Counted from the first letter of the stretch, positions 37,475-51,103 are shown. The stretch: 64,000 nucleotides of DNA from Sphaerodactylus townsendi (GCF_021028975.2 NC_059425.1:38626001-38690000), one strand, 5' to 3'. Numbers and translations: made by a program. The notes: generated from the sequence alone by a model not told the origin.

Positions 37475-38819
37475 GTGAGCTGAAAAGTTAGCTAAGGTTA
37501 AGAAGCAAAACATAAAGCTGGACAGATTGAATATGACTTTTACATTGCACAAGACAGGATGGTGCTAGAAGGAAGCCTGATAACTTAGATTTTAAAACAA
37601 AAATTCAGAAGCAACTTTTAAGTGATTTATTTTGAATTGCTAATTTTTGGAAACTGATATTCTGGTGAAGGGTTGGGATAGTCTCTTCTCATTAGATAAA
37701 TCTTGGATGGTCACTTTAGTAGCTTCCCTGAGAATCCCAGTGTGGAAGGGCAGTACCGCAGTGTATTATTTTCTCTTTTGAGTAACCTTAGAAATGAATA
37801 TGGGAAACCATTATTTTTTTAATCTCTTCCTTCCTTTCCTCCCCCTTAAGTGTGGCCAGAAATAAAGGAGGGGAAAATGTTGGTACAATCAGGCTGTTCT
37901 GATCTGGGAAAGCCCCAGGTCTTCATTTTTTTTATTTGTTTGTTTGAATTTCTTAATCGCCCCTCCGAGAATTGGCTCAGGGTGATTTCAGGTCAAACAA
38001 ACAATACAATAAAACTGTCTTCATAAGATCCTTCTGCGTTCACTGTCCAATACACTGTTTCCTCTGAGAACCCAATTCTTTCTGGACTAACTACAATCTC
38101 AGTTATCTCATTACCTAACATAAGAAAATCTATTCTGGATCAGACCAAAATCCATCGAATCCAGCAGTCTGTTCACAGAATGGACAACCAGGTGCTTCCA
38201 AGTAGCCCACAAACATCTCCCTGTACACTAAACTAAATGCAGGTCATGGTTGCTGCTTTTCTTGTACTAAAATTACCAGAAGTTCACGTTTAACAGAACT
38301 ACATAGAATTGAGCTACCCTTTTCATAATGCGAAGAGTGATTGGACAGGTAATCACAATTCCTGTTCACTTTGTAGGTTGTGCATAATAATCTTTAGACA
38401 GTGCTATAATCAGAAGAAAAGAAGGTAACTCCTTTAGTCTCAGGGAATCTCTGAAGTGATGCTGAAAAAGGAAAGAAACTGTCCTTGGAATTAATGTAAA
38501 TACATGAAGCTATTCAAAAAAGTTGAACAATCGAAGTGGAAATCTATATTTATATATATAGATACCCGAGTCTATACAATAGTATATTTAAATGGAAAAA
38601 CATAGTTGTGATTTTCCCATGGATGTGTAAACTTAGTATATTTAAAACATATCATATACATACTAATTCGGTAGCAGCAAAAATATCAACAATTTTCACA
38701 AGATGGAACTGCATAGATAGTTTTATATGTTTATGCTACAGAAGCTATCAGAATTCTTGTTTGCATTTTGAAAAATAAAACTAAGCACAGAATTAAGATT
38801 TTTGGAATATGTATTACAG

Positions 38820-39306
38820 ATCAAATCCTCAAGCCAAGAGAATCTTCTGGATGAAGTAATGAAAATTTTCTCTGAAAATGCTGAATTAGCTGGAAGAGAT
38901 AAACCAAGAAAACACTCAACAGTCAGCAGTGGTATCGCCAGATCACAGAGTGTAAAAAACACATATGAATTCTCTGATGGAAAATTAGCTAGCCAAGATC
39001 ACCTTGCAAGGTCCAGTACATATAGAGTGGAAGAGCCCAACTTCTTGAACTCTTCAAAAACACTTACAACAGGGACTAGAGGCAAGACCAAGTCTGTTAA
39101 GGAAAATATACAAATGAGCCAATCACGACAATCAAAAGATTGTAATCCTTATGCTACTTTACCTCGTGCAAGCAGTGTGATTTCTACAGCTGAAGGAACT
39201 ACTCGGAGAACAAGCATCCATGACTTTTTATCTAAAGACCCTAGACAGCCAGTATCCATTGATCCATCTCCACCTACAGTTGACAGAAGCGTCCCATCAG
39301 CTTCTA
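38820..39306 (+). CDS. CCDC88A: Girdin C-terminal exon (IKSSSQENLLDEVMK...NPYATLPRASS...SAS)
   Basis: TACAG|ATC acceptor; internal donor TCTA|GTGAGT at 39306/39307, in phase with the exon at 44633. Confidence 0.94.
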
Positions 39307-39845
39307 GTGAGTACGGTCCTCCAGAACAGTCCTCTTGTGTTTTTCATTATAAACCTTTTACTGCAGTTACCCTGTCAGAAAATGATTTAGGCAGTATAGC
39401 TATGTTAGGTTATTCTGCTCATAAATCAGAAGAGCAGAATGTAAAGACTAGTGAGACAAATTTTAATGCTAAAACACTTTCTTATAGTGACATGTACAGT
39501 GAAAAGGTAGGCCCATCAATAAGCAGTGTAGGGAAATTCTCTCTCGCCTGTTTATCCATGCCATTTTTGACACTTAATACTGAATTAGTCAGTAGTGTAA
39601 GTGGATTGCCTCAAAGGCCTGTATCAAAAGCAACCAGCACAACTTCTGGATCATCAGTGAAAGCTGCACAGAAGGATCATAAGCTACCTTCTGAGAATCA
39701 GAGATCTGATGACAGAAATTTAGAAGTGACTCAGAACAGGAGTGAATATACTGTTGTTGCACATGTAAACATTAATGAGAGTAAATCCCCATTACCAGTT
39801 TCTGACGATACCCAAACTATTTGGTATGAATATGGCTGTGTGTGA
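39307..39845 (+). CDS. CCDC88A: Read-through extension giving the GIV-L isoform, ending in the PDZ-binding motif IWYEYGCV
   Basis: The frame stays open for 179 codons past the donor to TGA at 39843-39845. The C-terminus is Daple-like. AATAAA at 39849 and 39892. Confidence 0.9.
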
Positions 39846-42381
39846 CTAAATAAAGATTAAATATATTCTCCCATATGATGTGGATGTTCAGAATAAATGT
39901 TTAAATCATTCACTAGCTGGGGCAGTACCTATGGGTACTTGTTTTTTCCCTCTGAATTGGGGTAAATTATTTCTACTTATTAGCAAGCCTTTATTGGCAC
40001 AGACAACAGTACAACAATAATAATAAACGGATTGGGTAAATTATTTCAATCTTTTTTTCCTTAGCATGTGGCAGAATGTAAAATTGTTACCATGCCAAAG
40101 CTTGCATGAAACATTAACTGCATTGTCTATTTTCTGCATGCCTTTTAAAATGTTAATACAAGCTAACGGTCTGTATTTTTATTTTCTATTTGTTACAAAT
40201 AATTTTTTTGTGCATTGCTGGATGCATGCTAAACCAGTTGCATGCTGCTGTGCCAGAAACGGCACAAAACACCAGGTAACTTTCAGCAACGGTAATTTGT
40301 TCAGTTTCTTTTCCTTTTGGATGCACCAGTATCATATGAATTATTCATTTTGGCCCCAATCCAGAAACCATTACTTGTGATTAAAGCTGCAAGCCTGTGC
40401 ACTTACCTAGAGTAAGCCTCCCTGTGTAAGATGGAGTCTACTTCTAAGTAAATATGCTTGGCTCTGCAATTTATGTACAATTTGCAGCCCAATTTTCTGC
40501 ATATTTACTCAAAAGTAATCTTCCTTTTGTTCATTGAAATTTTCTTTTTAGTAAGTGCAGTTAAGCTAATAGTCTTAGTCATGACTAACTTTTGTTCAAT
40601 TGGGCCTTTGAATTAAAATGACCTTTTTTTCCGCCTGTACATCTGTACATTGAAAAATGCAAAAAGTGCTCTGCATCACTGGCTTTTAACTTAATGCCAT
40701 GTGTAAATTCCACTCATGAAAGCAGTCTTATTCTAAATAATTATGTGCTTATAATTTGCACACTAAATATGAATACTAATAAATAGTATTAGTATTTATT
40801 AGTATGTTCATACTAATAAAACGTAATGTTGGAAAATCAACAAAGTGATTTATTTTTTGTTTAAAGATATATAATTCAATATAGAAGCTGCATTGGAAAT
40901 ATTGACTAGCTTCTTTTCCCCCTTCACATGCTTTTCCTTACCGTGCTTGCTGTACTGATGTGGTCATGTATTGTCTTGTCTCCAGAGTTTTATATGAATT
41001 TTTATTCTAGGGGTTTCCCTGAATATTAACAGCATGTTAAAATAAAAAAGTAAAATGGAACAGTGGTATTCTTTTTCTATTTAGAGATGCAGTAGCTAAC
41101 TAGAAAATGAAACAAAAATGCCAGGTCAGTTTGCTTTTCAGAGTCCCATATACATTAAAATAGTACTGCATGCAGCGTGGTGGCGCTGCTGTTCAAGAAA
41201 CATGTTCAGAACCCACTGATGTGTGAAACTAGTTGAGATCCTGAAGAGTATGAAACAGTGCATTTGAGCTAAATACCAACACTACTGAAAAGCCTTTAAA
41301 AAGGTGACCATCTGTTTTTGGAATCTCATGAATGAGTAATTTATCTGTTAAATTTCAACATAGTTACAACATTTCAACATAAATTTCAACATAGCATAAA
41401 ATATTGGCTAGTGTCAGCAAAAGCTACTTTAGCCATGCTTTTGAGCAGCATCCCATGCCACATCACAAGCTGTTTTTGAAAGTCTCATTTTCAAAAACGT
41501 CATCAAGGTAAAAGAGGCTGTGATTTAAGAAACCCAAATTCCTCTTGTACACACAACTTACACTTTTTTATTTTTAGAAACTGCTACTGGTGTTTCAAGT
41601 TTGAAACATAATAAAAGCCTGCATGAGGAAAATTTAAAAATGTTAACAGAAACAGAGACCTTTAATGGTATTTAGGGAAAAATGTTACAGAAAGAACTTG
41701 AGTTTTGCCCTTTTGGCAACTTCTTGACAATCCATGTTTGATAAATGAAGACCAATTTAAATTTTAAAAAATTATTTCCCTGCCTTCTGTTTAAAGGATA
41801 AGGAGACTGAAGAATTGACTCTGAGTTAAAGTCAAGTATTTTACACAAGCCACTTGAATACCATTTACTTCAGTAAGGGCATGTTGTTTAATTAGGCCTA
41901 TGTTGAATTGGATTTTTTAAAATATTGGGCTGTATATGAAAATTTAAGACAGGCTTTGAGGAGAAGAGATTAATCAGAGAAAACACTCTTCACAACTTTA
42001 ACAAGGCAAGAACTTTTTTACTGCTTCCTAAACAACTGATAAAGGTACTATAAATCTTTATATGTAGCTTTTCGTTTCCTTGTTATGGAACAGATTCTAA
42101 GATTAGCTTCCACTAAGTGAGGAATCTTCCATTCTTGGCTACATTCAGGTGTCACTGTAAACCTCTATTTGTGTCAGACACAAACATGGCTTGTCTGCCA
42201 TGCTTGCATGCTCCTTCTTTCTGTGTTCGATTGAAAGCTAATTGTATGAAAAGCTTTCAGTTAAACTCCCATTTGCTGTGAAATCCAAGTGCAGACTCTT
42301 GGGCATATAGGATTTTTGATTCCTCTCCACAAACCAGGATACTAAACATAAACACACAGTTATCATCCCAGTTTATGGAAA

Positions 42382-42693
42382 TAGAGGTGTATTGGGGGGA
42401 AATGGCGCCTGGAGACAACCCCTTCTCTGGCTGCCCCCGCACCCTCCCGGACTCGGGGGTATGGCTTGGGGGCCCTGAGCCCCACCTCCGGCCTCCGTGC
42501 AAGCCGAGTCCCGCCCCCAGCCTTCATGCAGGCCGCTGGGGATGCCAAAAGCCGGCCTGCACAGAGGCCAGGGGGCAGGGCTCAGTGGAATGTGGCTGGG
42601 CCTTTTGGTCATGTGGGGGGGAATCCAGCGCCCCCCCCACGTGACCAAAAGGTGTGCGCCCGGGGACATGACCTTATAGGCTGTACACCTCTG
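42382..42693. mobile_element. hAT MITE
   Basis: TIRs TAGAGGTGTA / TACACCTCTG with an exact 8-bp TSD TATGGAAA (42374-42381 and 42694-42701). Confidence 0.88.
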
Positions 42694-44632
42694 TATGGAA
42701 ACAAAATGAATAAAAGGGAGTTTTAATCCAACCACCCAGAAGGCTGTGTTGGGGATCATGGGACCATTGCATGGACAAAAGGCATGTGACATAGGGGCTT
42801 TAATAAGGAGAACTGGGTGAGATTAACCGAAAAAGCAGACTGGATACACCCAAGCTGTAGTATTGTGGCATTTGTGAATTGAAATTTTATACTGAGGAAA
42901 AGAGTCAGAGAATTCAATTCAGTAGCTTTGCTGAGTTAATTAAGGAGAAATATGCAGATTTCCAGTGTGGCTCTTCTTGAGACAAAGGGCATCTAGAATA
43001 TCTAAGTCATATTTGCTTGTCATTATATATATGGATACTCCAGTATATGTGACAATGATCCTGGAAAATTAAACCATTATCTAACAATAAGACAAACTGT
43101 GTGTACACTTTCCCATTTTTAAAATATATATACTTTCCAGAAATCACCTTCCTTGCTGTTAAACTTATTGTAGGGAATGTAGCTATATGATTGTCAGTAA
43201 GTTCCTATTGGACAGTGCTTGTGACGTTATAAATAACCAGCAAAACATTACCTTTTCACATTGCGGCATTTTTTTGTTACCTCCCGCCATTTAGTGGAAT
43301 TAGCCCAGGTAATTTCTAGAAATATGTGAAAGGTTGGAATCCGTAATCCAAGTGCTACTGGATGAAAGTTGATTATATTGTGGCTGCCAAATACTGAGCA
43401 ATAGATACAGAACCCACTTTCTTGGGACTTGAGGCAGGAGCCACTTTGCGAAACCATGCTCAGAAGAGCCACAGATAGCATGTCAAAGTGCTGCATGTGG
43501 GTTCTGAGCCACTGGGTATCACTGCTATAGTATTATGCATTTTACAATAAACATGCATGGTTGTAGGGGGAAACACCTTCAAAACTTTCCCATAAATTAT
43601 TATAATGCATACCTACCATTGTGTCTTGTGTAAAAAACCATTGTGACATCTATTTTTGTTGAAGATTAATGCTAATCAGCACCAGTTAAACAACATCAAA
43701 TAGCAATATGGATCTTCTGTTTGACATCTGTATTATTTTTCCAATTGTTACTGATAATGCTTTTTTGCTGAGTGTGCCAGGTTCTTACTCCATATGTCAG
43801 CAGTTTTAATAGCCAACATGGGCCTTAAACATGATTTGTTTAAGAGCAAATTCATGTAACTGAGTGACATACAAAGATGTCTCTATAGCACCTTTTTTGT
43901 ACCCTGAAGTTTTTTTTGTGATCGCCTCATCATGTATCCATCTCACAAATAATCCTGCATTTACCGCACCACTTTGGAATTTTCAAAAGGCTTGATACTA
44001 ATGTTGTAGTGCTGGTTTAAGCTACAAAGTTATAACATCATTGAATCTTCATATGGATCCATTCAGTTAATAATTTAGTTTGGTTGCATGAAGTCAGAGA
44101 GTAAAATATGGTACCACCATCCCAAGAGGTGTATGGTGCACTGAGTTAATTGTTGTACTGTGAATTGGAATAACTGTTTTGCTTCGAGGGGAAGACTTGC
44201 TTGAAGCATTACTTTCCTAAGCAAATTGTTATTTGATTTTGCATGTTTTATTTTGTTGCATGCAAGGATAGTTTTCTGCTTTACAGATTTGGTTGCTAAG
44301 GTGAATAAATCAATTGCACAATCTTGACTGATATTATTAGGCTAGTACATATATTTCCTTGTGCTTTCACTTTTGAACAAATTACATTTTTTATTTAAGG
44401 GTTACTCTGAAAGGGAGGGGGATGTGTGATGCAAAATAAATAAATATAAGTGACATACTGGTATATTAACAGAATGATTATATAGAGCAACTGAATTTCA
44501 TTCCTATCTTCCATTCTTATTCCCAATCCATTATTTTTGTACACCTTCTACCAGTGGTGCATTATGTATTATTCTGTGAGGACATCTTTTTTTCCTGCCA
44601 AACAAATAACATAACATACTTTTCTTCTGCAG

Positions 44633-44697
44633 ATGTGGAAGCTAAACCAGAAAGCAGAAATTCAAAAAACAGGTCTAGGGAGCAACAAAGCTCCTAA
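44633..44697 (+). CDS. CCDC88A: Canonical Girdin last coding exon (NVEAKPESRNSKNRSREQQSS*)
   Basis: TTCTGCAG|AT acceptor; TAA at 44695-44697; the exon continues to a GTG|GTGAGT donor after 44734. Confidence 0.93.
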
Positions 44698-45665
44698 TTC
44701 TATTACCCCCACTACATGAGACGTGGGCCAAGTGGTGAGTTTTCTGCCCAGCATGTAAATGAGATTGTTTTCATTTACAGAAGGGGAAAAAAACTAACTA
44801 TTTAAGAACAAGTGCACATTGCCCTAACAGCTGACAGTACTGCTTGTGTTATGTGGCTCTCTGTCTTTCTAACTACTAAAGCCAAACCAGCAGGTGACAT
44901 TTCATTTTATCTACCCAAATGAGATTGTTTGTATCTTTTACACCCACCTTTATTTTCCCAAACTCACCTCCAAAGATGCCTCAATGTAGATAATTCGGCA
45001 AGTTGTATGAACTTTGATTGATCCATGTGAACTTTCTGTGTCTCCTGTATAATTCTGTGCTAGCGTAACCATTCATAGACATCATGTTTATCCCAGTGGC
45101 TGGAAGAACCCTTCTGCTTTGGATACCCCTAAAACTATATTGTATAGAGTGGACTATTTTCTCAGGGTTTTATTTAAATTTCTTCAGGAGAAATTTCAAT
45201 TGTATCTATTCTGCTTGAAATTAAAAAAATAATGCATGATCAGGGCATTGTATATACTAAAATATTCTTTTCTGCTTGGCAATCTTATATTCTGTTCCAA
45301 GAAAAACTGAATTTTGTAAACATAACAAACAGAGCAAATTTTACATGGTACTTTTTTATTTTGTTTAATACTTTATTTTTACTTATTTTACATATTTTTG
45401 CATAATTTATCCTTCTAGATATGATGAGAGGCAAGGAACAATCATCCTGGAAACATTAGTCAACCATCCTTCTGACTTTTGAGAAATGCATTTTGAGGCA
45501 GTTCTTTGCAGTCATAAGGGTTGGAAAATTTCTTTGTAGAAAAAAATAGCTCTTACGAAACTAAATTCTGTCACATTCTACACTTTTCCACATTACCACA
45601 GAATTGCAGTATATACATAGCCCGTTGTGGGATGCCTATGAAAGTATAGTCAGATAAATTGTTAA

Positions 45666-46081
45666 CAGCCCAATTCAAAGCATTGGGGGGGGGGAGGGGA
45701 GGGTGGGTCAGTGGAGCTGAAATGAGCTCATGCCGGCACATTTGCCCACCCTGCTGGCACATTTGGCAAATGTGCCAGCAGGATCAGCAAACTGGGAGGT
45801 GGGCGCACTCCATGAACCTCAGCTGCTCCAACCTGGAAGAGAGGCTGGCATTCTGAGCTACATTGGCATCCTATAATCAGCTCCCACCCAGGCTTTTGCA
45901 TTGTGGGTGCTGCAATCGGCACACCACATAATTCCCTTCAGCCCCATGGAGGGCTTTCAAGCAGCATGGAGATTTTATTGCTTTTTTTGGTCTCCATACA
46001 CTGCCTGAAAGCCCCCTGGAGGTGGCGGGGCGGCAGCAGTTCCTTGCCTGCCTGCCTGCCTTCCGCTACTGGATGGGGCTG
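45666..46081. mobile_element. Harbinger-like MITE (CAGCCCAAT TIR family)
   Basis: TAA|CAGCCCAATTCA...TGGATGGGGCTG|TTA. Confidence 0.65.
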
Positions 46082-47769
46082 TTATTTCATTAACTACTTG
46101 ATGCCATTATGTATCATCTGCTCTTTCTGTGCCCATTCTATTATTGCTCAAACTATTTCTAATATGTTCTATTAGTCCTTGTAGTAGCTTTACTCTGTTT
46201 TTGTCTCTTCTTTATCTTACAGCTTTTCTTACATTTTCTTTCTTCTCTTTCTACTTTTCAATTGAACACAGAGAGAAAAGTGTCCTTCAATATCCTTCAG
46301 CCTTTATTTCTGAAGTACAAGGCATCCAGCTGTAGAAATCCCGTTTAAAAATGTTGAGGAAAGTTTTTACAGTCCTACGTGAGTAGAGCAGTCAAGAAAT
46401 TCAAATCTTCTTTCCTTGAATCAAGGAACTAACTGTACTAGCATCTCCTGCTGAATTTTTAAAGGAATTTATTGCACATTTATTGCACTGTTAAGATCTA
46501 CTGGAAAAAGGACAATTTTCATCTCTCCAAGGACCAAGGGTTGTGTGGTCTCAAGAATTATTCCAGGAATTCAGTTACATCTTTCTTCATTACTTTGTGA
46601 ACTCAGTCACCAATTGCTTACTGCTTCAGCCAATAATTAGCAATATTTAGTTCTGTAAATCTGAAGGGGGAAAGGCTGTATATTGCGAAATTGTTGTAAA
46701 TAGGTTTTTTTAAGCCCCACAAGGTTATTGGCACTTCACAATTTGATTGCATAATTCGCATGACAGCTATAAAATAATATTAAGCTGATTATTTTGGTGC
46801 ATATGGCAAAAAGAAATTGTTTACATACCTAAAAATATAACTGCACATCTTAACTCACATTCTTTTCATGTTTCTTACACACAAGTTATATTACCATATT
46901 CCAATTTTTCTTGCAGTATATTGACCAGCTAAATATTTCTGGAACTTCCCCCTCCCCGCTACATTTCCCCACCCCACTAAACAGCATTTCTAGGATAAAT
47001 CTGTCTTACATTAAATTTTTTTTGTATTTTTACTTGGTTTTGCTTTGTGATATTTCTATGAGCTGGTTATGTCTTAGGAGTAGCTTTATGGAAAGAAGGT
47101 AATGATCCATGTTGTGTAAGCTGTTTCTTTTATTAGATTCTTACTAATCAGTTGGTCTGTTTCGTTTTTCACAATGTTATTGGAATTAAGTTTGATGTTG
47201 TTGGTACTTTTAAAATGTACATTTGTTGTCTTACAAAACTCCTGCAAAGAGCACAAGAAAATAGAATTTGGTTAATCTTGGGAAAATTCATGCAGTTATC
47301 ACTGTGTCTTGGTTTATATTAAATTTCAAAGTTTTATTTTCTTACAAACCAGTAAATATGTTAATATTTCCACAACATGTATCAAATGTAACCTTTTAAC
47401 CTCTTAGGGTTCAGCCCTGCTAATATTTATGCACATGAGAATCTTTAACTCTGTTTCCTTTCACCTTTACCTCAGTTAAATTTCTCACAGAACTAGGGTT
47501 ATTGTACATGTAAAGGCTTAAGGAATAGTGGCCACTGCCTACGTTAACATAACTCTTGTTTTACTACATTTCACAAAGCATGCAAAACATTTGTTACAGT
47601 ATTGCATCAATTTTATTATTTCTGATAAGTTAGAATAGATCCTAGATTCACTCTGCCACCCTTATGGCTGCACAAGGTGCATTCCTGTCTAACAAGCCAT
47701 ATAAAGGGTCAGTGGTCCAAGCCATTGCTCACCCTCATATGCAAGGCTACGCACAGCCAGACCGTGTAG

Positions 47770-48108
47770 ACCTGGGATCCCCACATGGTTCACAAGAACC
47801 AACACCCTTCTTGTGACCCAAGTAATTTTAGAAAGTGTGTGTGACCAAGTAGGATTCAACAGGCCTTCGGAGATCTGACTGGCTGTGCAAACTAAAATAA
47901 CATTATTCTGGTGGCAGCGGTATTGGTTTTATTTTTTTTCTCACGCCTCTTTCCCAGTGCATTTTTAAAGTTACCCCTCTTGTCTACTGCACTTGGGCTT
48001 CCTTTGTGTATGGTGCCAACTCTCATGGTACCCATTTTGTACATGTTCCCACCACCTGGCGTCACAATTTCAAAGATGCCTGCAGGCTTAAAAAGGTCGG
48101 GAACATTG
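47770..48108. mobile_element. Old hAT (Charlie-like) MITE inside the inferred 3' UTR
   Basis: Degenerate termini CTGGGATCCCCA..ATGG and AAAAAGGTCGGGAACATTG; TSD not recognisable. Confidence 0.45.
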
Positions 48109-50290
48109 ATGCGAAGGGTCTGTTCAGCTGTCACCTAGAGGCCTCAATTTGATTTGCACCTGTCCTTCCTGCCCTTTGTGCAGTTGGATTAGAACCACAG
48201 CCATAATTTGATAACCTCTCAGCCCATGAGCCTTCAGACAATCAGGTGTGTGCTTAATGCAGTTAGTTTGCCAAAATAAAAGTTCAGCATATGAGGCTTG
48301 CAGTGAATGGTTTCTCTCCTTGAGATTATTGCAGAATGAGTTGGTGTTAGACCCATGAAGATCATAGGAACGTTGCTGTTATGTTGCTTGCTAGAAAAAG
48401 AGTGCAGTCTCATTGCTTGCCAAGAGCTAGATTAGATCACTTTCTGAATGTGTGTGAGGCAAGGTGTGTATGTATAAACACATAAAAATATAGACAGCAC
48501 CTCCTGTTAACATCAGAATATTCATGTGAATGGTCTCTGACTGACATAAGTGGGCTATTGCCAGGTCATCCAGAGATGGGTAACATGATCATGGTAGAAC
48601 AGACAGAATGTGATGTCATAAGTATATGTAAAAAAGAAGAGACTGAACATGTATATTTAATTAGAATGCAACTTAAAGAGAGATGAATGTAATGGAACTT
48701 TCCCAGAGCCTGGCTCTGTAAGTTTCTGAGCATTCTTCTTTTGCAGGATTTTTTTCCCTGGAAATTGAGCACCAAGCCCATCGTATGATCCTATATTGCC
48801 AATAAAAAGAGTTTCTATTGGAACAAATATATTCAAATTCTGCTATCTTAAGCAGCACTAGCAGCTAGGTAAGCCTGATGGTACGATCAGTCAGAAATTA
48901 TTCTGCCATTACAAATAAGAATTGCAGACTTAGTTGGCTATGGCTTTTTCCACACAATACTGAATCATGTGGTGGATGCTCACGGCCATCTACCATCTCC
49001 TCTTACATCAATACAAATATTTGTAAACATGTGAATAGGTGGGAGTGATCAATGGCTTCCTGTCAAAAGCTAGGCATCCCAAACTGGTCAATTCTGCATG
49101 GTTGTAGTTCTGTTGCTTTGTCATAGTTGTGGGGAAGTCATGAATTTCCACCAGCCCTCTGACCATACCCGTTTTCTTAAAATTTGCACCTTTGTAAGCT
49201 TTGCACTTGTTTTATATACCTGTGTGTTTGGCTTAGATTTCATTTAATAGGCATGTTACCTTTTTTACAGGGCACTGTATCACCTAATCTAGTAGGAAAT
49301 TCTTGAGAAGGCCCGTCTGATACCAATGAGAATAGTTCAAGGACAATTTATTTACATGGAAATTTCACAGAAAAAGTTGATTGTGCATTGTGTTAGATCC
49401 CTATTTTGACAGCAGGCTGGGTTAAGCACTATACGAAGGTCACTTTAGCCTAGTGCAGAGTTTTTCAAGAGAGATGCAACCTTCAAAAGAAATGCAACTA
49501 AAAGCTAAATAAGTAGTCTTTCAAGGAAGAAGAAGATTATGGGCTGTAATTTCTTTCAATAGCTCCTTCTCAACAAACCAAGTAATTTTTTCCATATAAA
49601 TCCAGATGCTGCTCAGTTTAATAGAAAGCACAGTCTGGATTTTGTGCAGGATCTAAATCCCTGCGTGTTTTTCATTTCCCCTTCCAGAGCCAGTTGAGGA
49701 CTATAACTGGCATCCCTGACCAGTTTAGACCTTTCTGAATCAGCAAGGAAAAATTAAATTTATGTAATCTCTTTCATCCCAATTTTCATTAGTCAACAAG
49801 TTTATAAAATAAAAACTATTTTTTAAAAAAACTTTCAAAAACTGTGACGGTGTTTGAAAAATGTGTCATTTTGCCATCCACTGAAATCCCAGCACCTTTT
49901 AAAAAGAATACAAGGGCTTTTTCACTGCACATGACAGTATTCAGCAGCTAAAGAGGAAGCTGGAAATCAGTTTGTAACACAACAAAATGTTTAGTTTCTC
50001 CTATGCTGCTAAGGCTACTATCGCCTTTTCCAGATTGCGTTTGTTAAAATGTTTTTGTGCTTGGGAGAGAGTGTAGCTCCAACAGTGGGGCCAATGTATG
50101 TAAACCCTGTTGTGCGTGTAGCTCAAACATTTGTTAAGAACGGAACTGCCTTAAAGGGGGAGGGCCAGGGGGCAACACAAACTGTTTAAACACTGTTTTA
50201 CAGAGGCTCTTATTTAAAGCTGTAGTTTTCCTTTCTTATACCTGTTAAGGAGTTTTGTAATGTTTGCCATTGTACACTCTTAATTATGTT

Positions 50291-50296
50291 ATTAAA
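50291..50296 (+). terminator. Candidate polyadenylation signal of CCDC88A
   Basis: ATTAAA followed by a U-rich downstream element; TE density rises sharply after ~50450. Confidence 0.5.
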
Positions 50297-50594
50297 ATTC
50301 CAAGCCAAATAACTTTTCAACTTTTTATTCGTTAGTTTTTATCTGGTATTTCAAGAATTTAAGAACCAATTCAGTGTATAAAACTGGGGAGAAGTGATGA
50401 AGCTTAAATAAATAAATAATAGTCCCATGTTTGAAAGATGATGATCTAATGTTTTGGATTTAAATGGCAGTTAGACATACTTATGGAGGACAAGTTCACC
50501 ATATGACTAAATAGAACCTCCAGCTTAAAAACCAGTGTATCACTGGGGGACAATAGCGGATGAAAGCTCTTACTTTTAGCTCCTAATTATGCAC

Positions 50595-50790
50595 TTCCCA
50601 GAGAAGGACAACCAAAATGATCAAGGGAATGGAGCATTTTCCTACAAGAGAAAGCTAAGGAGTTGAGAGAGACTCTTAGGAAAGGGGAATGTGATGGAGG
50701 TTTATGAAATTATACATTGGGTGAAGGAAGTGGATGGAGAATTTTTTCATCTCCCGTAACTAGAGCTAGTATGAAATTGATGGACAGTTG
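50595..50790 (+). mobile_element. CR1 LINE 3' fragment
   Basis: QRRTTKMIKGMEH..Y..KL and GNVMEVYEII-like peptides. Confidence 0.65.
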
Positions 50791-51103
50791 TCAAAGAACC
50801 AGGCCTGGCCTTTGGGTGGTAGCAGTGCTAAGCCATGGGCCCTGAACAAAGCTGATTTTTTAAATATTTGTATTAAAAGAAAAGTTTAAATGAAGGTTTA
50901 AAAAACATATAGTGAACATAGAATCATAAAAGTGCATTTCAGGTACATAATAAAAACAACAAAACTAGAGCTTACTTACTTACTAGAAAGAATACTTGCA
51001 AAGAAAATACAATAGAAGTCCTCAGTCCATATACAAAGTTCTTTAAGCAAAGCAGAGGCAAAGACAAAGGAAAGATAATTGGTAACACAAATGAACTAAT
51101 TTA

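Larger units (their letters stand above)
46272..50320 (+). other. CCDC88A: Probable non-coding terminal exon (3' UTR) of CCDC88A
   Basis: A long polypyrimidine tract (46195-46260) ends at ACACAG|. The body is AT-rich and TE-poor. The 3' end is inferred from ATTAAA at 50291. Confidence 0.6.

Noticed and set aside
45419-45497. Possible extra 3'-UTR exon after CCTTCTAG
   Set aside because: No convincing GT donor; cannot be supported from sequence alone.
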